This document shows positions 48,939-56,883 of a stretch of 64,000 nt of DNA, in pieces; the first letter of the stretch is position 1; each line of letters begins with the position of its first letter. Source of the stretch: Alphaproteobacteria bacterium. GTDB taxonomy: Bacteria; Pseudomonadota; Alphaproteobacteria; CACIAM-22H2. The notes under the pieces were generated by a model. The model was not told the origin of the DNA, ran no database searches, and worked only from the letters and a program-made list of their open reading frames with translations. Position numbers and translations under genes: made by a program. The stretch is taken from NCBI GenBank assembly GCA_035457725.1, contig DATIBC010000041.1, positions 260 through 64,259 of the forward strand. Direction: 5' to 3'.

Positions 48939-49960
48939 CAGCTGCCCAGTTTTTCGTGAACCTCGGGGAAGAACAAATCCTTCCACGAGTCCGGCTTGAC
49001 CTTGATCGAACCGACCCTGGACATGAACTCGACGTATTTCATGACGTTGTTCGGCGTGAGTGTGAAAACATTTTCGGGGTCCTTGAGGATCTTCTCGACG
49101 AACTGCACCGGCAGCCTTGAATTCTCGGCCTTGACCCAAAGCTCCGCCGCGCGTCTCCGGTCGGAGTTGATGAAGATCATGGCCTCTTCGAGCGCGTCGA
49201 GAACCGCGCGATAGGTGCGCGGGTTCTCGTCGTGGAATTTCTGCGTCGTCCAGACCAGGTTGAACGTCGCCGGTCCGCCGAGCACCTCATAGGAGCTGAC
49301 TACGCGGCGGACGCGCTGGTCCTCGAGTTGCTGATACTGGAAGGGGGCGCTGGAAAAGTGCGCCGTGATCTCCGAGCGCCCCGACATCATCGCGCTCATC
49401 CCGTCGGGATGCGCCATCGACACGGTGAGTTTGTCGAGCACGTCGTGCTTGCCTGGCCCGAATTCCTTCTCGGCCGCCATCTGCAGCGTCACGGCCTGGA
49501 TCGATACCTTGACGGCGGGAAGCGCGATACGATCCTTGTCGGTGAAATCCTTGAGCGATGTCACGTCGGGATTGATCGTGTTGAGGTAAATCGGCATCGA
49601 GTTGATCGCCGAAATCGCCTTGACGTTGAGGTTGCCCTTGGTGCGCGCCCAGATCGTCACCAGCGGCCCGACGCCGCCCGCGGCGACGTCGAGGCTGCCG
49701 GACAGCAGCGCATCGTTCATCGGAGCGCCGGCCGAGAGCCGGCTCCACTCGACTTTGATGTCGCCAAGTCCCGACGATTTTGCGTGCTTCTCGATGAGCT
49801 TCCGCTCCTCGATCACCGTCAACGGCAGGTAGCTGACGCCGAACTGCTTGGCGATGCGGAGTTCCTTCGTCTCCTGCGCGGCGGCTTGACCGACGGTGAA
49901 CGCGAGCGCCAAGACGCCGCCCGAAAGCGCAACAGCGCGAAGGGTCCGAAGCAATGTCAT
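48938..49960 (-). CDS. periplasmic substrate-binding protein of NitT/TauT (sulfonate/nitrate/taurine-type, NMT1-like) ABC transporter
   Basis: Signal peptide and NMT1/SsuA-like fold. First gene of the transporter trio. Confidence 0.7.
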   Translation of the reverse strand: MTLLRTLRAVALSGGVLALAFTVGQAAAQETKELRIAKQFGVSYLPLTVIEERKLIEKHAKSSGLGDIKVEWSRLSAGAPMNDALLSGSLDVAAGGVGPLVTIWARTKGNLNVKAISAINSMPIYLNTINPDVTSLKDFTDKDRIALPAVKVSIQAVTLQMAAEKEFGPGKHDVLDKLTVSMAHPDGMSAMMSGRSEITAHFSSAPFQYQQLEDQRVRRVVSSYEVLGGPATFNLVWTTQKFHDENPRTYRAVLDALEEAMIFINSDRRRAAELWVKAENSRLPVQFVEKILKDPENVFTLTPNNVMKYVEFMSRVGSIKVKPDSWKDLFFPEVHEKLGS

Positions 49961-50053
49961 CGTCGATGTCCTCCCTTTGAACTTTATTCCGTCAGCCGTG
50001 CGACCGACTATCCAAGCCGAAGTCTAGCACGCTCGCCGGCCGTGCAAACCACC

Positions 50054-50779
50054 TCAGATGACCAGGGCGACGCCCGAGAACATGAGCAACCACAAGACGA
50101 TGCGGCGGAATTGCGCGTCGTCGACGCGGGCATAGGCCCGCGTGCCCAGCCACAGGCCGAGAGCCAGCGCCGGCAGGGTCGGGAGGAACAGCCATGCGGC
50201 CTCGCGCGTCACGCCGCCGGTGCCACCGAGCCAGGCAAGCGCCAGGAACTGCATCGCCACGATGTAAGGCTGGTAGACGCCGCGCTGCTCGTCCTTGGGC
50301 CAGCCCCGCAGTCCGCACCAGATCGTCGGGATCGCACCGGACAGTCCGGCGAGCCCACCCATTAGCCCGCCGACAAGGCCGATCGCGCCGTCGGCCGCAC
50401 GACCTCCAAAATCCAGCGGCGCCGGCTGCGGCCGCAGCAGCATGTAGCCGCTATAGGCGACCAGGAACACACCGACGCCGAAACGGAACGCCCCGGGATC
50501 GGCGATGCGCAACAGCTCGACCCCGAACGGCACGCCGAGCGCGCCGCCAACCAAAAACGGCCATAACCGGCGCCAGCGAATAGCGTGGCGGAGCGCCGGC
50601 AAAGTAGCGAATTGCGACAGGATACTGCCGGCAAGAATGACCGGCACCGCCTCGATCGGCGGCAGGACGTTGAGCAGCACTCCCGAGGCGACGAGGGCGA
50701 ACGCGAAGCCGGCAAGGCCCGAGGCGAACGCGGCGAGGAAAGCGCCGACAGCGATCGCCAGTCCCACGGCAAGCGTCAC
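50054..50779 (-). CDS. TauE/SafE family (DUF81) membrane exporter, SuyZ-like putative sulfite exporter
   Basis: Multi-TM Gly-rich DUF81 repeats. Start placed at a GTG just after the SdhC-like stop; the ORF may extend to 50863. Confidence 0.6.
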   Translation of the reverse strand: MTLAVGLAIAVGAFLAAFASGLAGFAFALVASGVLLNVLPPIEAVPVILAGSILSQFATLPALRHAIRWRRLWPFLVGGALGVPFGVELLRIADPGAFRFGVGVFLVAYSGYMLLRPQPAPLDFGGRAADGAIGLVGGLMGGLAGLSGAIPTIWCGLRGWPKDEQRGVYQPYIVAMQFLALAWLGGTGGVTREAAWLFLPTLPALALGLWLGTRAYARVDDAQFRRIVLWLLMFSGVALVI

Positions 50780-51156
50780 GCGGGGCTCGTCAGGTTGAGG
50801 AGAAACAGAAGGCCGACGGCGACGCCGAATCCCATGGCAAGCGCCGCCATCGTTTTTTGCCAATCCCGCCAGGCGAGGAACTCGATGGCCAATACGCGGA
50901 GTCCGCCGGCGAGATGGACGGCAAGGAGGATCACCAACCCGGTCTCGATGAGTTTGACCAGCGGCCGTTCCGACCAGCGAAGAAAGCCGTCAAGCGCCGC
51001 CTCCCCCTGCAGTGCCTGGCCAAGCGCCCAAAAATGCGCCGGCAGAAAAAAGGCGAGAAGCACTCCTGACATACGATGCACCAAGAATGCGACATAGTTT
51101 GCGTGCGCGCGGCCACGCCACGCCGACACGACGTGTCCGGCTTTCACAGCTTTCAT
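50776..51156 (-). CDS. succinate-dehydrogenase-type membrane anchor subunit (SdhC-like, cytochrome b)
   Basis: Three TM helices, HRxSG motif (LVHRMSGVLLAF), His in second helix. Confidence 0.6.
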   Translation of the reverse strand: MKAVKAGHVVSAWRGRAHANYVAFLVHRMSGVLLAFFLPAHFWALGQALQGEAALDGFLRWSERPLVKLIETGLVILLAVHLAGGLRVLAIEFLAWRDWQKTMAALAMGFGVAVGLLFLLNLTSPA

Positions 51157-51506
51157 GAGAAGAGTCCGCCGACGGCGCGCCAGCCGAGCCAAGCGAGCGA
51201 TAGCGCCGTGGCCAGGGTCGCGACGTCGAGCGAACGTCCGCGCCAGAGGGTCATTTCGCGAACGATGGCGCGCAGCCCCAATGGCGCGTGGATCGCCACC
51301 GCGAGCACGAAGATCGAATAGAAAGCGAGCCAGCCAAAGCTACCGCGCGTGCGGCCGAGAATCTCCGCGGCGCTGAGGCCCCCGCGCACCGCGAGTACGA
51401 CGGTCGCCAGATGAACCACGACGCAAACCGCCAACACCAGCGCGCTCGCCCGCTGCCCGAGCCACAGCCAAGTTTCGTGCTTTACCGAGACGTCGGTCGA
51501 GCGCAT
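51153..51506 (-). CDS. succinate-dehydrogenase-type membrane anchor subunit (SdhD-like)
   Basis: 118 aa, three TM helices with conserved His (AIHAPLGLR). 4-nt overlap with the SdhC-like gene. Confidence 0.55.
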   Translation of the reverse strand: MRSTDVSVKHETWLWLGQRASALVLAVCVVVHLATVVLAVRGGLSAAEILGRTRGSFGWLAFYSIFVLAVAIHAPLGLRAIVREMTLWRGRSLDVATLATALSLAWLGWRAVGGLFS

Positions 51507-51517
51507 CGCATGGGCTT

Positions 51518-52240
51518 CTACAGCGCGCCCTTGATCGCCGCACGCGCCACTCGGCGCTTCAAGCCGGCGATCGAAGCCGTAGGATTGAGCTGCTTCGGGC
51601 AGTATTCGCGGCACCCCTGCTGACTGTGGCAAGCATGACAACCGGCGTCGCCTGCGACCGCGCCGAGGCGTTCGGCTTGCGCTCCATCGCGAACGTCGTT
51701 GACCAGCGTCCATGCGCGATTGAGCGCGGCCGGTCCCAGGTAATCGGCATTCCAGCGCACGACATCACATGCCGCGTAGCAGACGCCGCAGCCGATGCAT
51801 TCGATCGCCGCATCAGCGGCGGCGCGGTCGTTGGCCGATGGCGGCACCAAGGCGAAGTCGTCCGATCGCGATGCGGCGGGTGAGAAAACCCCCTTGGCGC
51901 GCGTCCATTTCTCGAAGAATTCGGTCATGTCGCAGACGAGATCCTTGATCACCGGAAAATTCCGCAATGGCGCCACGGTCAGCCGGCCGCCCCGTGTCGC
52001 CTTGTCGACATGGGTGCGGCAAGTCCAACGCGGCCGCCCGTTGACGGTCATGGCGCATGATCCGCACATGCCGACCCGGCAAGCGAAGCGATAGCTCAGC
52101 GTGCGATCGAGATGCCGTTGGACCCAGGTGACCACGTCGAGCACTGTCTGGCTTGGCCGCCGCGGCACCACGTACTCGACGAATCGGCCTTCGCTACCGC
52201 CTCGCCAGACCGACACCTGCAATGTCGCTTGCGCGCTCAA
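51518..52240 (-). CDS. succinate dehydrogenase / fumarate reductase iron-sulfur subunit (SdhB/FrdB-like)
   Basis: 2Fe-2S motif CRVGMCGSCAM. 4Fe-4S and 3Fe-4S motifs CIGCGVCYAAC...CHACHSQQGCREYCP. Confidence 0.85.
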   Translation of the reverse strand: MSAQATLQVSVWRGGSEGRFVEYVVPRRPSQTVLDVVTWVQRHLDRTLSYRFACRVGMCGSCAMTVNGRPRWTCRTHVDKATRGGRLTVAPLRNFPVIKDLVCDMTEFFEKWTRAKGVFSPAASRSDDFALVPPSANDRAAADAAIECIGCGVCYAACDVVRWNADYLGPAALNRAWTLVNDVRDGAQAERLGAVAGDAGCHACHSQQGCREYCPKQLNPTASIAGLKRRVARAAIKGAL

Positions 52241-52286
52241 GCGCCTCCTCGCGCGGTTATCTCGCCTTGCCTCCCAACCTGGAAAA

Positions 52287-53495
52287 TCAGGCGCTCTGGA
52301 AGAGCTTGGTCAGCACGAACTCGCGATGGCCAAGCGCCTCGGCGGCGGTCAGCCGGCCGTTGCATGTGCGGATCATGATGTCGATCAGCCGGTCTCCGGC
52401 CTCGTCCAGCGTCATTTCGCGCCGCAGTATCCCTGAGACGTCGAGGTCGATGTGCTCGCTCATCTCGCGTGCGGTTTTCGGATTGGCGGTCAGCTTGATC
52501 ACGGGTTCGATCGGATTGCCGATCACGTTGCCCTGTCCGGTCGGGAAGAGGTGGACGACGAATCCCGCCGCGGCCTGCAGGGTCACGCACTCTGCAGCGG
52601 CGGAAGACGTGTCCATGAAGTAAAGGCCGGGCCCCTTGCCGGGCGATTGCGCCGGCTTGAGGACGTCGATGTATTTCGTTTTCTTGCCGATCTTGGCCAG
52701 GTTGCCGAACGCCTTTTCCTCGATGGTCGTAAGGCCGCCGGCGATGTTGCCCTTGGTCGGCTGCGATTCCGAAAGATCGTTGGTCTTGTGCCGCTCGATC
52801 ATTGCGTTGTAGGCCCGCCATGTGGCGAGGAACTTCTCGCCAATATCCTTGGTTATGCCGCGGCTGGCGCAGACCTTCTCGGCGCCGGTAATCTCGGAAG
52901 TTTCGCCAAAACAGGTGGTGGCGCCGAGCGGATCGATCTTGTCGATGAGATCGCCGACCGTCGGGCACGAGGCGAGACCCGAGGTGGTGTCGCTTTCGCC
53001 GCATTTCGTCGAAACCCACAGCTCGTCGATGCGGCACGGCTCGCGCTGCAACTCGCTCGCCCAATGTAGAAAATCCTTCGCCGCGCGCGAGGCGTCGGCG
53101 ATCGTCTTGAGATCGCCCTTGCCCTCGATGGCGAACCCTGCCACCGGCTTGCCGGTCTTCTTAATTCCATCGACGACGCGGCCCGTCCAGCCCGGCTCGA
53201 TGCCGATAACGACGCACGCGGCGACGTTCGGGCTAGCGCCGGTGCCGATGAGCGTGCGGAAATGAAGTTCGAGGTCCTCGCCGAATTGCAGTCGACCGTA
53301 AGCATGCGGCAGCGCCAGGACGCCCTTGATATTGTTGCCCACGGCCTCGGCGGCGGCGTTCGACAGATCGTCGAGCGGCAGGACGATCACGTGATTGCGC
53401 ACGCCGACGCGGCCGTTGGCGCGCCGGTATCCTTGGAAAGCAAGGTCGCGGCCGTTCGCGCGACGCTTGGCAGGCGCTTTCGCCATGGCTACCAC
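52287..53495 (-). CDS. UxaA-family dehydratase large subunit, (2R)-sulfolactate sulfo-lyase SuyB-like
   Basis: ~400 aa altronate/galactarate-dehydratase C-domain homologue lacking its own SAF domain. Size and split architecture match SuyB (~42 kDa). Confidence 0.6.
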   Translation of the reverse strand: MVAMAKAPAKRRANGRDLAFQGYRRANGRVGVRNHVIVLPLDDLSNAAAEAVGNNIKGVLALPHAYGRLQFGEDLELHFRTLIGTGASPNVAACVVIGIEPGWTGRVVDGIKKTGKPVAGFAIEGKGDLKTIADASRAAKDFLHWASELQREPCRIDELWVSTKCGESDTTSGLASCPTVGDLIDKIDPLGATTCFGETSEITGAEKVCASRGITKDIGEKFLATWRAYNAMIERHKTNDLSESQPTKGNIAGGLTTIEEKAFGNLAKIGKKTKYIDVLKPAQSPGKGPGLYFMDTSSAAAECVTLQAAAGFVVHLFPTGQGNVIGNPIEPVIKLTANPKTAREMSEHIDLDVSGILRREMTLDEAGDRLIDIMIRTCNGRLTAAEALGHREFVLTKLFQSA

Positions 53496-53773
53496 CTTTT
53501 GGTCTTGACGTTGTGGACGTGGGCATGCCGGCCCTTGCCGATCGCCGATACGGCGCGGCCGATGTCGTGACCGTACTTGAGCAGCGTCTCGCCCTTCTTG
53601 ATCTCCTTGAGGGCGATTTTGTGGCCGAGCGGAATCGCGTCCAGCGCCTTGAGCCTCACGGTGGAATCGCCCTCCATCACCCAGCCGGTGAGCGCGTCGC
53701 CGGGCTTTATGCCTTCGACGACGACCACGCCCACTGTGTCGGCTTTGTCGTGCACGATAAAATGAGTGGTCAT
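53489..53773 (-). CDS. SAF-domain small subunit of split UxaA-family dehydratase, SuyA-like
   Basis: 94 aa SAF/AFP-like domain (GD.L...M.G...V.L...I..GHKIALK.I..G). Overlaps the large-subunit start. Confidence 0.55.
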   Translation of the reverse strand: MTTHFIVHDKADTVGVVVVEGIKPGDALTGWVMEGDSTVRLKALDAIPLGHKIALKEIKKGETLLKYGHDIGRAVSAIGKGRHAHVHNVKTKRW

Positions 53774-53907
53774 CTTCTCTCCCGAATCATCCTCGAGACC
53801 ACGGCCGTCGCATCCTGGCGCCGCCAGCTCGCTTAACCGGCGCGGCCAGGACGCAATCATGTAATATTCCGCCGGCGCGTCCAAGGCCACGAATTTCGAG
53901 ATCGTCG

Positions 53908-54327
53908 ATGCACAGCATATTCGTCTACGGCACGCTCAAGCGCGGTTTTCCCAACCACACGGCCATCAAGAAAACGCAGGCTTTCATCGGGCGTTTCCAG
54001 ACCTGCGAGCGGTACGAGCTGGTGCTCACCGCCCCATGGTACTCGCCGGTCATGATCGACGAGCGCGGAGCAGGACACAACGTGGTGGGGGAGGTGTTCG
54101 CCGCCGATGCCGAGGCGCTCGCCGAGTTGGACCGGCTCGAAGGGACGCACTTGCCGACCGGTTATCGTCGCATCGAGGTGCAGGTGCAGAATATCGACAC
54201 TGGCGCGATGATCGTGGCCTGGGTCTACGTCAAGAGTCGGCTGCTAATCGACCAGGTCGTTTCGGCGCCGATGGCCGAATATTCGATCGATCCTCGTTAT
54301 GTACCCCCCTCGCGACGCAGTATCTGA
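53908..54327 (+). CDS. gamma-glutamylcyclotransferase (GGCT/AIG2-like) family protein
   Basis: YGTLKRG N-terminal motif and conserved Glu. Confidence 0.65.
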   Translation: MHSIFVYGTLKRGFPNHTAIKKTQAFIGRFQTCERYELVLTAPWYSPVMIDERGAGHNVVGEVFAADAEALAELDRLEGTHLPTGYRRIEVQVQNIDTGAMIVAWVYVKSRLLIDQVVSAPMAEYSIDPRYVPPSRRSI

Positions 54328-54399
54328 ATGGGTTGCCGCGCCTCGGCGGCGCGGCCTATAGTCCTGCCCGCCCGTCAACCGCCACGGATCCGCCACCAC

Positions 54400-56250
54400 A
54401 TGACCTCGCTTTCCGACTTCACGACGCGTCCCGTCATTAGCGGCACGTTCGGCGTCGTGACTTCGACCCACTGGCTCGCCTCTCAAACCGGCATGAATAT
54501 TCTCGAGAAGGGCGGCAACGCATTCGACGCGGCCGTCGCGGCGGGTCTGGTGCTGCAAGTGGTCGAGCCGCACATGAACGGGCTCGGCGGCGACGCGGTG
54601 GCGATCGTCCAGCGCGCGGGCGAAACGATGCCTTCAGTTATTTGCGGCCAGGGCGTCGCGCCGGCGAAGGCGACGATCGCGCACTATCACGACCAGGGAC
54701 TGTCGCTCGTGCCCGGCACCGGCCTGCTCGCCGCCGTCGTTCCGGGCGCGTTCGACGCCTGGATGATCATGCTGCGTGATCACGGCACCATGACGTTGGC
54801 CGAGGTGATGATGCCGGCGATCCGGTTCGCGCGCGACGGATACGCGTTGGTGGCCGGGGTGACGAACAGCATCACCGGCGTCCGGCAGCTTTTCGAGAGC
54901 GAATGGACGACGTCGGCGGCGATCTACATGCCCGGCGGCAATATCCCGCGGCCGGGCACTTTGTTTCGCAATCCAAAACTCGCCGAAACATATACGCGCA
55001 TTCTGAGCGAGGCTGCGCGCGCCGGCGCCGATCGCGAGAAGCAGATCGAGGCGGCGCGCGCCGCCTTCTACAAGGGCTTCGTCGCCGAGGCGATCGAGGC
55101 CTTCGCCGCCACGACCGAGGCGATGGACGCCTCAGGCGCGCGCCACAAGGGCGTGATCGAAGCGAGCGACCTCGCAGCCTGGCAGGCCACCTACGAAAAG
55201 CCGGTGACGTACGACTATCGCGGCTACACGGTGTGCAAACCGGGGCCATGGAGCCAGGCGCCAGTGTTGCTGCAGGTGCTGGCGCTGCTCAAGGGATTCG
55301 ATATCGCGGCAATGGACACTGTCGGCGCCGATTTCGTCCATACGCTGGTCGAGGCGAAGAAGCTCGCTTATCTCGACCGTGACGCTTATTACGGCGATCC
55401 GGATTTCGTCGACGTTCCGCTCGCGACGCTGCTGTCGGACGATTACAACGACGAGCGTCGCAAGCTCATCGGCGAGACGGCTTCGCTCGAGTTCCGTCCC
55501 GGCCGACCCGATGGGCGTGAACCGCGCCTGCCCAACGTCAAAGCGGCGGCGGTCGCGGCGGCCGGCATTGGCGAGCCGACGCGCGTCGAGCGCGAGACGG
55601 CCGAATCCTACGACCGATCGGGCGGCGCCCTCGGTCTCGCGGCCAGTCGCGCCGCACGCGGTCCGGCGGAGGGTGACACGTGTCATCTCGACGTGATCGA
55701 CCGCTTCGGCAACATGGTCGCAGCGACGCCGTCGGGCGGCTGGCTGCAAAGCTCGCCGGTCGTCCCGTCGCTCGGCTTTTGCCTCGGAACGCGCGCGCAG
55801 ATGTTCTGGCTCGACCCTGACGTGCCTTCGGCGCTTTTTCCTGGCCGCCGACCGCGCACCACGCTCACACCGACACTGGCGCTCAAGGACGGCAAGCCAT
55901 ACATGGCTTTCGGCTCGCCCGGCGGCGACAACCAGGACCAGTGGATCGTCCAGTTCTTCCTTCGCCACGTCGAACACCAGCTTAATCTGCAAGCGGCGAT
56001 CGACGCACCGCAACTGCAGTGCGACCACTGGCAAAACTCGTTCTATCCCCGCACCGCTTCGCCGGGAAAGATCATTCTCGAGGGGCGATTTCCGTCGGCG
56101 ACGATCGACGAGCTCAAGCGCCGCGGCCACGACGTGCAGATCACCGGCGACTGGGCGCTCGGACGCAACTGCGCCGCGGCCAAGGACGGCGAGGTGCTGC
56201 GCGCCGCCGCCACGCCGCGCTTGCAGCAGGCCTACGCGGTGGGGCGCTAG
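54400..56250 (+). CDS. ggt: gamma-glutamyltransferase family protein
   Basis: GGT family blocks (TSTHWLA, GGNAFDAAVAAG, catalytic Thr region TCHLDVIDRFGN). Confidence 0.8.
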   Translation: MTSLSDFTTRPVISGTFGVVTSTHWLASQTGMNILEKGGNAFDAAVAAGLVLQVVEPHMNGLGGDAVAIVQRAGETMPSVICGQGVAPAKATIAHYHDQGLSLVPGTGLLAAVVPGAFDAWMIMLRDHGTMTLAEVMMPAIRFARDGYALVAGVTNSITGVRQLFESEWTTSAAIYMPGGNIPRPGTLFRNPKLAETYTRILSEAARAGADREKQIEAARAAFYKGFVAEAIEAFAATTEAMDASGARHKGVIEASDLAAWQATYEKPVTYDYRGYTVCKPGPWSQAPVLLQVLALLKGFDIAAMDTVGADFVHTLVEAKKLAYLDRDAYYGDPDFVDVPLATLLSDDYNDERRKLIGETASLEFRPGRPDGREPRLPNVKAAAVAAAGIGEPTRVERETAESYDRSGGALGLAASRAARGPAEGDTCHLDVIDRFGNMVAATPSGGWLQSSPVVPSLGFCLGTRAQMFWLDPDVPSALFPGRRPRTTLTPTLALKDGKPYMAFGSPGGDNQDQWIVQFFLRHVEHQLNLQAAIDAPQLQCDHWQNSFYPRTASPGKIILEGRFPSATIDELKRRGHDVQITGDWALGRNCAAAKDGEVLRAAATPRLQQAYAVGR

Positions 56251-56254
56251 CGTT

Positions 56255-56857
56255 TCATCCGCCCTTGGTCTTATACAGCGGCTCGACTTGGCCTACGGCG
56301 AGCCGGCCGCGGCCGGGCTCGGGCGCGGGCAACGGGTCGCATGGCTTGAATGTGGCAAGGCAACGGCGCGTCAGGTCCTGGTATTCGCGCGTCGCGGCGC
56401 CCTTCCAGGCGATCTCCTGTGCCGTCAACTCCCGGACGACGCGCGCCGGCACCCCAGCCACCAGCGTGCGCGCCGGCACCTTGAAATTGGCCTTGACGAA
56501 GGCGAGCGCGGCGACGATCGCCGCCTCGCCGATTTCCGCCCCATCGTTGATCACCGCGTTCATGCCGATCAGCGCGTTCCTGCGAACAACACAGCCATGG
56601 ATGATCGCGCCGTGGCCGATGTGCGACTCGTCCTCGAGGACGGTATCGCTCATCGGGAAACCATGGACCACGCAATTGTCTTGCAGGTTCGCTCCCGCGC
56701 CCATCAGCAGGCGACCAAAATCGCCGCGCATGGCAGCGCCCGGACCGACATAACATCCGGGTCCGACATGCACGTCGCCGATGAGCGTCGCCGTCGGATG
56801 AACGAAGCTCGAAGGGTGGACGACCGGCCGAAACCCGTCGATTTCGTAGAACGGCAT
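56255..56857 (-). CDS. gamma-class carbonic anhydrase-like hexapeptide-repeat protein (PaaY/CaiE-like)
   Basis: Left-handed beta-helix hexapeptide repeats with His ligands. ~200 aa. 5' ORF extension rejected. Confidence 0.7.
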   Translation of the reverse strand: MPFYEIDGFRPVVHPSSFVHPTATLIGDVHVGPGCYVGPGAAMRGDFGRLLMGAGANLQDNCVVHGFPMSDTVLEDESHIGHGAIIHGCVVRRNALIGMNAVINDGAEIGEAAIVAALAFVKANFKVPARTLVAGVPARVVRELTAQEIAWKGAATREYQDLTRRCLATFKPCDPLPAPEPGRGRLAVGQVEPLYKTKGG

Positions 56858-56883
56858 GTGGTTGGCCCTCGCCTTCGACGTCG

